A stretch of 52,323 nucleotides of DNA from an uncultured bacterium (lineage in GTDB: Bacteria > Planctomycetota > Phycisphaerae > Phycisphaerales > UBA1924): NCBI GenBank assembly GCA_913062615.1, contig CAJXXI010000001.1:1-52323 (forward strand). The letters are read 5' to 3'. Positions 45,803 to 52,323 of the stretch are shown piece after piece (the stretch's first letter is position 1; the number at the start of each line of letters is the position of its first letter). Under the pieces are notes generated by a model. The model ran no database searches. It saw nothing but the letters and a program-made list of their open reading frames with translations, and was not told where the DNA came from. Both the position numbers and the translations under genes were made by a program.

Positions 45803-46834
45803 ATGTCCAATATCGCCGAATTCGCCCACGCCGGCCGCCAAGCGGTTGTTGCTGCTTCGATCGTCTGTAGAGAGGTTCAGAATAACCTTGATGCGGTCCG
45901 TACTATTACTAAAGACGACAAAAGCCCTGTGACAGTCGCCGACTATGCGGCGCAAGCGGTTGTCGCGATGGTACTTAAGCAGCATCTCGGCGAGTTTGTA
46001 ATGGTTGCCGAAGAGTCCTCGACCTTCTTGCGCGATGAGGACAACGCGATGATCCTTGATGCGGTCGTCGCTGCGGTCAAAGAGGTCTGGGACGACGCGA
46101 CACCCGATGCGGTGCTCGAAGCGATTGATCTCGGAGCGGGCGACACAACACACCATAAATACTGGACCCTCGACCCGATCGATGGCACCAAAGGGTTCCT
46201 CCGCAATCAGCAATATGCAGTTGCGCTGGGGTATATCGAGGATGGGACGCCGACGATTGGGGTGATGGGATGCCCAAACCTGGCGGTCGATATGTCGATG
46301 CCGTTTGATGAGCGTGATAGCCGAGGGTGTCTGTATTACGCGATCAAAGGCGAGGGTGTCTGGGAATCTCGGTGCGATGATGGCGAGTCAGAATCCATCC
46401 GTATCACCCGTCTCGATCATGTCGAATCCGAAGAAATCTCGGTCTGTGGCTCGGTCGAGAAGGCCCATACGAATGTTTCAGATATGGACCGGATCCTGGA
46501 CTGGATCGAAGCCAACGGGCTCGGGCGGGCCGGCGAGCCTGCGAGATTGGATTCGCAGTGCAAATACGCGGTTGTTGCGCGTGGGCAGGCCGATGCGTAT
46601 CTCAGATTGCCGACCCGCAAGGGGTATGTCGAGCGGATTTGGGATCATGCAGCCGGGTGCTGTATTGCGTGCGAGTCTGGGGCGTTTGTGACCGATATAT
46701 TCGGACACAACCTCGATTTTTCGCATGGTCGTGGTTTGGAGAAGAATAAGGGCATCGTGTGTGCTCCGCCTCGGATTCACGGGCTGATGCTCAGAGCGAT
46801 TAAAGAGCTCGGCATCGGGCTCGATGCTGACTAA
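45803..46834 (+). CDS. cysQ: 3'(2'),5'-bisphosphate nucleotidase (PAP phosphatase), Hal2/SAL1-like inositol monophosphatase family
   Basis: It has SPVTVADYAAQAVVAMVL, VAEE and WTLDPIDGTKGFLR. AAGAGGAAG lies upstream of the ATG at 45803. The track ORF start at 45530 is rejected. Confidence 0.8.
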   Translation: MSNIAEFAHAGRQAVVAASIVCREVQNNLDAVRTITKDDKSPVTVADYAAQAVVAMVLKQHLGEFVMVAEESSTFLRDEDNAMILDAVVAAVKEVWDDATPDAVLEAIDLGAGDTTHHKYWTLDPIDGTKGFLRNQQYAVALGYIEDGTPTIGVMGCPNLAVDMSMPFDERDSRGCLYYAIKGEGVWESRCDDGESESIRITRLDHVESEEISVCGSVEKAHTNVSDMDRILDWIEANGLGRAGEPARLDSQCKYAVVARGQADAYLRLPTRKGYVERIWDHAAGCCIACESGAFVTDIFGHNLDFSHGRGLEKNKGIVCAPPRIHGLMLRAIKELGIGLDAD

Positions 46835-46860
46835 AGAACGCACACAAGGAATCAAACACA

Positions 46861-48711
46861 TTGGCAAACTGGGAACCCATCCTAACCGGGATCATGCTTG
46901 TGCTTATGGTGGGCACGATGGCGATGGGTCGGTTCGCGCCCGACATCATCATGATGGGTGTGCTTTTAGTCTTGTTGGTGTTTGGGATTCTTGAGCCTCA
47001 AGAAGCGGTGCAGGGGTTTGCCAATCAGGGCGTGATCACGGTGGCGATGTTGTACATTGTTGCCGCCGCGATGAAAGAAACCGGCGCGATGAGCCGAATC
47101 ACCGCGGTGCTGATTGGTCGTCCCAAGGACGAACGCAGCGCACAGATCCGATTGACGCTTCCGGTGGCGGTGATGAGCGCGTTCATTAACAACACGCCGA
47201 TCGTTGCGATGTTCTTGCCCACGCTCGCGGGTGTTGCACGAAGATGTCGGATCGCGCCCAGCAAGCTGTTTATGCCTTTGTCCTTTGCGTCGATCCTTGG
47301 CGGCGTGTGCACACTCATCGGCACCTCGACCAATGTGATTACTTCCAAGCTGCTCAGCGACGCACAAGTGACCGTCGATGGCGGGCCGGTCACTTTGGAT
47401 AACCCTGCACTCAAGTTTGGGATGTTCACACTCGCCAAGGTCGGGTTGCCGATCGCGATTTTCGGGGTGGCGTATATCTTGATCTTTGGCCGTAAACTCT
47501 TGCCTGATCGGGCGAATCCGATCGAGGATGCTGAAACACGCGGGCAAGGGTACCACGCTGCGCTCAAGGTCAGCCCCCATAGCCCGATCGTCGGCAAGAC
47601 GGTCGAAGAAGCAAACCTACGCAACCTGCCGGGGCTGTTTTTGTCGCGGATTGAGCGTGTGGACGATTCGATGGTTGCGGTATCGCCTAAGGAAATTATC
47701 CATGAGGGCGATGTCTTAATCTTTGTAGGCCAGCTCGAATCGGTTGTTGAACTCCAGCAGATCAAAGGGTTGGTGCCCGCGACCACCGAGACGCACGGGC
47801 ACCGCGAGAGCGAAGTTGAAGAGAGCGAAGCCGACGATCACTATCGTCCGAATCTCCGGATTGTCGAAGCGGTGGTCTCGAACAACTCGTCGCTCGTTGG
47901 GATGACGATTCGTCAATCAGGGATTCGCACACGCTATGGCGCGGTGGTTGTTGCGGTGCGTCGTCAGGGTCAACAGATCCCGGGCAAGCTCGGCGAGATC
48001 CGTTTACGCCCCGGCGATACCTTGTTGCTCGAAGCGCCTCCGGGTTTTTCGGATCGCTTTGGGGCGACGGGTGATTTTTATCTTGTCAACGAGCGCATCA
48101 CGCCGGCAGCCCTGCGCCATGATCGTGCGTGGGCAGCGATCGCGATTTTGGCATTGCTCGTGGTGTTGTTGTCGTTTAGTGTGTTCGAGCCGATGACCGC
48201 AGCGATGCTCGCTGCGGGATTGATGGTCGTGACACGATGCTGTACCGGCCCACAAGCTCGAAGAGGCGTCGATTTCCAGATACTCACTGTCATCGGGGCA
48301 TCGTTTGGTATCGGGCAGGCGATGATCAATACCGGGTTGGCAGCCGATATATCGCACGTGATCGTGTCGGCGTGTTCGTCGCTGGGACCCACCGGGTTGT
48401 TGGCAGCGATCTATATCCTGACGACGCTGTTCACCGCGACGATGACCAATAACGCGGCGGCGGTGCTGATGTTCCCGATCGCGATCGGGATCGCTCTTGA
48501 TCAACAATACAACCCGATGCCATTCATCGTGGCGATCACCGTGGCTGCGAGCTGCGAGTTCTCGACCCCGATCGGGTACCAGACGAATCTGATGGTGATG
48601 GGGCCCGGCGGATATCGCTGGCTCGATTACACCAAGTTTGGCGGCCCGTTGACGATTCTGTGTGGGGTGATTTGTGTGGTGTTGGCGCCAATGATGTTTG
48701 GTGGGTTTTAA
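46861..48711 (+). CDS. SLC13/DASS family anion permease with two central TrkA-C domains (possible sulfate transporter)
   Basis: It is 616 aa, with multi-TM halves flanking two RCK_C-like units (VSPHSPIVGKTVEEANLR...GDVLIFVG and VSNNSSLVGMTIRQSGIR...GDTLLLEA). The start is TTG 46861 or a downstream ATG. Confidence 0.75.
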   Translation: MANWEPILTGIMLVLMVGTMAMGRFAPDIIMMGVLLVLLVFGILEPQEAVQGFANQGVITVAMLYIVAAAMKETGAMSRITAVLIGRPKDERSAQIRLTLPVAVMSAFINNTPIVAMFLPTLAGVARRCRIAPSKLFMPLSFASILGGVCTLIGTSTNVITSKLLSDAQVTVDGGPVTLDNPALKFGMFTLAKVGLPIAIFGVAYILIFGRKLLPDRANPIEDAETRGQGYHAALKVSPHSPIVGKTVEEANLRNLPGLFLSRIERVDDSMVAVSPKEIIHEGDVLIFVGQLESVVELQQIKGLVPATTETHGHRESEVEESEADDHYRPNLRIVEAVVSNNSSLVGMTIRQSGIRTRYGAVVVAVRRQGQQIPGKLGEIRLRPGDTLLLEAPPGFSDRFGATGDFYLVNERITPAALRHDRAWAAIAILALLVVLLSFSVFEPMTAAMLAAGLMVVTRCCTGPQARRGVDFQILTVIGASFGIGQAMINTGLAADISHVIVSACSSLGPTGLLAAIYILTTLFTATMTNNAAAVLMFPIAIGIALDQQYNPMPFIVAITVAASCEFSTPIGYQTNLMVMGPGGYRWLDYTKFGGPLTILCGVICVVLAPMMFGGF

Positions 48712-48864
48712 CGGATCTGGTGCGATGATGTGCAGGATAATGCCGAGAATACAACCAGATATGAACCAGATCAATCAGGTGTCGTATGATTCACACACGA
48801 TGATGATTTAACAATGGGTGGGTAATGGGCAATAGAGCCTGTTGTTTGCAGTCAGGGGTCTACA

Positions 48865-49905
48865 TTGAAGATACTAATAACCGGCGGGTCGGGTTTTATC
48901 GGGTCCTATTTCCATCGCGATCTGGCCGCGCTTGGGCATGAGCTTGTGACGATTGATCTTGTTGATCCTTCAGGGAAGCCAGCGGATTCTCCATTTATCA
49001 ATGGTGATATTCGTGATCCCAAAGCACTTGATCGTGCGATGGAAGGCGTTGACATGGTCGTCAACCTCGCAGCGGCCCATCATGACTTTGGCATCGAGCA
49101 CGACACATATTATTCAGTGAACGAGTATGGATCACGGATGATTTGTGATGCAATGGACCGCGCAGGTGTGAAGGAACTTGTTTTCTATTCAACAGTCGCG
49201 GTCTATGGCGATGCACAAACGCCTCACGAAGAAACCGCACCGACCGCGCCCAACACGCCTTATGGCGGGTCAAAGCTCAAAGGCGAATCAGTCTTCAGCA
49301 CATGGGTCGAGCAAGGCGATGGGCGGCACGCGCTGATCATCCGCCCCACCGTCACCTTCGGCGTGCACAACTTCGCCAATATGTACTCGCTCATTCGTCA
49401 GATTGATTCGGGCAAGTACGCACGGTTTGGTGCGGGAACAAACATTAAATCGTTGAGTTATGTCGAGAATATTGTGCATGCGACACTGTTTCTCAAAGGT
49501 TTGCTTGATGACAAGCCAAGCCGTGCTATCGAAGCGTTCGAGATATTTAACTACATCGATAAGCCAGATTTGACCAGCACTGAAATATCGAATGTAGTCA
49601 GCAAATGTCTCGGCAAAAAACCAGCGCCGGCGATGCCGTATGCGCTCGGGATGCTGATCGGGTTGCCGTTCGATGTCGTGATCAAACTCACCGGCAAGAA
49701 TCTACCAATCTCGACCGCTCGTGTCAAAAAGATGTTTAAAACCGAGACCAAGTTCGAAGCCGACAAGCTTCTGGGTGTTGGGTATCAGCCCAAGGTGCCG
49801 TTGACCGAAGGCATCGACCGGATGGTTCAGTGGTACTTGGAATCGGGCAAGGATGAGAATGCCCAGTGGCACCAGCCACCCGCCGATGCGGTGATGAGCG
49901 ACTAG
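48865..49905 (+). CDS. NAD-dependent epimerase/dehydratase (extended SDR)
   Basis: It has the Rossmann motif KILITGGSGFIGSYF and the catalytic YGGSK (YxxxK). The start is TTG. Confidence 0.8.
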   Translation: MKILITGGSGFIGSYFHRDLAALGHELVTIDLVDPSGKPADSPFINGDIRDPKALDRAMEGVDMVVNLAAAHHDFGIEHDTYYSVNEYGSRMICDAMDRAGVKELVFYSTVAVYGDAQTPHEETAPTAPNTPYGGSKLKGESVFSTWVEQGDGRHALIIRPTVTFGVHNFANMYSLIRQIDSGKYARFGAGTNIKSLSYVENIVHATLFLKGLLDDKPSRAIEAFEIFNYIDKPDLTSTEISNVVSKCLGKKPAPAMPYALGMLIGLPFDVVIKLTGKNLPISTARVKKMFKTETKFEADKLLGVGYQPKVPLTEGIDRMVQWYLESGKDENAQWHQPPADAVMSD

Positions 49906-49908
49906 TTT

Positions 49909-50757
49909 TTATGGACAACCCGCTGAAAACTGGGTGAGGAACGCTGAAACATCAAAGAAGTTAAACAGCCCGTCGCCGGTGAAGTCGGCGATGGGGTCCA
50001 TCGTTGCAAACGCACCGAGGAACTCGGACACATCAAAGAAGTTCAGATCACCGTCGCCGTTGAGATCGGCAGGGCATGTCGCGGGGGCATTGCGGGTGAT
50101 GGTGAAGTTGTCGATGGAGAAATCAAAGAAGACCTGAAGATAAAACTCGGTAGGCACGAATGTGTTGAATGAGAGCTCGTCTACATTCGACAGGATGTCA
50201 GCGAAGGTCGCGCCCTCGGGGAGGACTGGGCCGTCGGCGTCATCGCTGCCGCCAAAGCCGATCCATCCTTCGGGCAACTCAAGCGAGTTGGGATCGAAGG
50301 TGACACTAAAGGTTTGCCATTCTCCGTTATTGGCTTCACTGATTTGAGAATCGAGCACCCAGATCACCGCGCCGTAAGCGAAGATTCCGCCATTGCCAAA
50401 CTCGGTGTTTCTCAGATCAAGCACCAGCGATCGAATCTGTGGCACAGATCGCCCGTCGGGGATGTTTTCGGAGTTGAGCATGTCAACACGGACATCAACC
50501 GAGAGGGTGATGGATTCAGAAGCGGTGTAATCGCCTAGGAATCCCTCAAGGGAGTTGTTGGTATAGTGAACACCGAATGTCCAATCGACAGAGCGCATGA
50601 ACTGGTTGCCGGTGTTGTCTGATGTGATGAATGTGCCGTTGCCACCGTTCCACCCTTCCGAACCATTATCGAAGGTGGTCGTGCTTGTTTGGGCGATCGC
50701 TTGCCCGCCAGCGAGCGCGAGCAGGGTTGTACATAGTGTTGCTGTATTGACGTTCAT
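49909..50757 (-). CDS. Secreted protein with a C-terminal GC-type dockerin-like domain
   Basis: The signal peptide is MNVNTATLCTTLLALAGGQAIAQ. The N-domain begins TTFDNGSEGWNGG. The C-terminus is CPADLNGDGDLNFFDVSEFLGAFATMDPIADFTGDGLFNFFDVSAFLTQFSAGCP, two EF-hand/dockerin-like repeats ending in GCP. Confidence 0.7.
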   Translation of the reverse strand: MNVNTATLCTTLLALAGGQAIAQTSTTTFDNGSEGWNGGNGTFITSDNTGNQFMRSVDWTFGVHYTNNSLEGFLGDYTASESITLSVDVRVDMLNSENIPDGRSVPQIRSLVLDLRNTEFGNGGIFAYGAVIWVLDSQISEANNGEWQTFSVTFDPNSLELPEGWIGFGGSDDADGPVLPEGATFADILSNVDELSFNTFVPTEFYLQVFFDFSIDNFTITRNAPATCPADLNGDGDLNFFDVSEFLGAFATMDPIADFTGDGLFNFFDVSAFLTQFSAGCP

Positions 50758-50834
50758 ATCGAAAAATCCTTTTTTACATCCGTTGTGTCCCGAGCAACTG
50801 CCTGGTTGGGCGTGCATAGTTCATTGGGTTGGGT

Positions 50835-51674
50835 TTATGGACATCCTACTGAGAATGCACTCAGGAAGTCTGAGACATCGAAGAAGTTGAACTCACCATC
50901 GCCGGTGAAGTCGGCGATCGGGTCCATCGCTGTGAATGCGGTGAGGAACGCGGAGACATCGAAGAAGTTGAGGTCGCCATCGCCGTTGAGATCTGCTGGG
51001 CATGGTCCAGCGATCGAGCGGATGGTGATGTTGTCGACCTGGATATCAAAGTTGGTGAACCCAAAGAAGAACCCAGGGACAAAGGTTGTGAAGGTGATCT
51101 CGTCGACGCTTTCGAGCACGCTGGCGAAGGTTCGGCCTTCTGGGAGGATTGGTTCGAAGGTATTGGGATCTTCAGCACCAGAGCCGCGCCATCCGGCGGG
51201 CAGATCGAGCGATGCGGTGTCCTCGATGATGATGGAGTAGGTAACCCATTCGTTGTTGACTCTTGAGTCGAGCACCCCCAGTGAGTACCAGGTTGAAGTC
51301 CACGGGAACCCGTTATTGTTGTCGAAGTCACGAAGATCGACGACGAGTTCGCGGGGGACCTCGCTGTTGAAAAAGGTGATTGAGTTCACCTTGATGTCGA
51401 TGCTCAGTTCGATCGCGCCGCCGAAGCGGTTGTAGTCGCCGAGGAAGCTGAGGTTTGTGCTGTTGCGTGTATCGGCTCCGAAGACATCGATCAGGATACC
51501 GTGGAGGTTTTCGTCGGGGTTGCCGCCCGCAATGTCGATGGTGGTGCGTCCCGAGATCGACCACCCTTCGAGCCCGTTATCAAATGTAGTTGTGGTATCG
51601 CCGGCGATGAGCGTGCTTGAGGCGAGTGCGATGGTGGCGAGTGAAAGAATGGTGGTCATTGAATTTTTCATCAT
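50835..51674 (-). CDS. Secreted protein with a C-terminal GC-type dockerin-like domain (tandem paralog)
   Basis: The signal peptide is MMKNSMTTILSLATIALASSTLIAG. It has TTFDNGLEGWSISG and the C-terminus CPADLNGDGDLNFFDVSAFLTAFTAMDPIADFTGDGEFNFFDVSDFLSAFSVGCP. Confidence 0.7.
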   Translation of the reverse strand: MMKNSMTTILSLATIALASSTLIAGDTTTTFDNGLEGWSISGRTTIDIAGGNPDENLHGILIDVFGADTRNSTNLSFLGDYNRFGGAIELSIDIKVNSITFFNSEVPRELVVDLRDFDNNNGFPWTSTWYSLGVLDSRVNNEWVTYSIIIEDTASLDLPAGWRGSGAEDPNTFEPILPEGRTFASVLESVDEITFTTFVPGFFFGFTNFDIQVDNITIRSIAGPCPADLNGDGDLNFFDVSAFLTAFTAMDPIADFTGDGEFNFFDVSDFLSAFSVGCP

Positions 51675-51957
51675 GGATCCTTATTGAAGCCCGGAGGCTT
51701 GTTTATTCATGTATCTGGTATTTGTTCTTGGAGTTGTCAACTCCAGCCGTCCCGCTCATATTCCTAGGTATACCAGATTCGGTAAAAGTTGCAAGGAAGT
51801 TTCGTGGAAACTTTGTAAAAAGGGTGCAATCTGGCTTGATTTCGGTTACAATCACTCAGAATCAGTGTTTATTGTCTAAAAACAAAGCTTTGAGAGATAC
51901 AAATAGATCGTGGATAGTCCAACTCAAAATCTAGATAATCGGTTCCAATCTCCAGCG

Positions 51958-52323
51958 ATGGGGAGCTTGGAGGTACGGATTCATGCAGCGGGCAAAGACT
52001 TGCTCGATGGATTTGTGCGTGTACTCGAGCAAGTTCCAGGCGGTGACAGTGGTCCACAACGATTGGCCAAAGAGCTCGGTGTAGACAAGGTGCTCGCATC
52101 GAGAATCCTCAAAGCGGTGCGTGCACCGGATTCGATGTCGGTCGTCCATCGGGTTCCCGGGCCTGAGCCAATGCGAAGATTGCTCAAAGCATCTTCTAAG
52201 CATGGGGTGAATGCAGATGATTTAATCAAGGCGAACAAGGCGGTTGATCAGTTTGAATCATTAATCCGATCCGAGATCGGTGATCGCAGTGCGCTCGAAG
52301 CTATTCTGAGCGCGTGGGTTCCG
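51958..52323 (+). CDS. Hypothetical protein, N-terminal fragment running off the right edge (possible HTH)
   Basis: The frame is open from ATG 51958 to the window end (122 codons): MGSLEVRIHAAGKDLLDGFVRVLEQVPGGDSGPQRLAKELGVDKVLASRILKAVRAPDS... It is absent from the track because it has no stop codon. The HTH idea rests only on LAKELGVDKVLASRILKAV. Confidence 0.4.
   Translation, partial: MGSLEVRIHAAGKDLLDGFVRVLEQVPGGDSGPQRLAKELGVDKVLASRILKAVRAPDSMSVVHRVPGPEPMRRLLKASSKHGVNADDLIKANKAVDQFESLIRSEIGDRSALEAILSAWVP

Noticed and set aside
1-52323. A search for CRISPR arrays, tRNA/rRNA genes, transposases, integrases, toxin-antitoxin pairs and classical defence genes
   Set aside because: I saw no repeat-spacer periodicity, no tRNA-like T-arm/acceptor patterns in the gaps longer than 120 nt, and no recombinase, nuclease or methylase motifs in any ORF. 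This was visual inspection only. tRNAscan-SE, Infernal and DefenseFinder would be decisive.

Overview
The window is a 52.3 kb chromosomal segment. There are no rRNA or tRNA genes, CRISPR arrays, transposases or integrases. Gene content suggests a Planctomycetota/Phycisphaerae-like organism: GC-type dockerin tails, giant PQQ-propeller proteins, and many GTG/TTG starts. That assignment is an inference only.

The left half (1-26.4 kb) is mostly housekeeping:
- CPBP protease fragment and two tandem TVP38/DedA-like membrane proteins
- RNase Z-like MBL hydrolase, pyrE, lysS, an Rrf2 regulator and a MoxR ATPase
- an ECF sigma / anti-sigma / PDZ operon
- tatC, tadA and dnaA, with DnaA boxes and an AT-rich candidate oriC
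- LMW phosphatase-rpiB, a ~1,300-1,400 aa PQQ-propeller protein, a LEA_2 lipoprotein, a NIF3 protein, ispE and a ROK kinase

The right half is accessory-like, and two linked themes stand out.

1. flgM, followed by a 4-gene operon. Its first gene is an unusually long (1,242 aa) Maf/DUF115 protein. It is fused to a nucleotidyltransferase-like domain and a cysteine-less radical-SAM-like domain. neuA-neuB-neuC (nonulosonic/sialic acid synthesis) and an HDOD protein follow.

2. A dense sulfate-activation and sulfation neighbourhood. It contains cysD-cysN, a degenerate MBL-like protein, a TPR-sulfotransferase and surE in one operon. Divergent cysC, a Hal2-type PAP phosphatase and an SLC13 permease lie nearby. 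Embedded in it is a single-polypeptide adenylation-carrier-membrane acyltransferase gene, Dlt-like in logic, that is split by one in-frame TAA.

Other oddities:
- a giant secreted protein whose signal peptide lies upstream of any canonical start codon
- a 14-nt x3 tandem repeat
- a ~37% GC single-gene islet
- a TatC with a ~70 aa loop insertion
- tandem GC-type dockerin paralogs

All functional calls come from motif recognition by eye. No database search was run.
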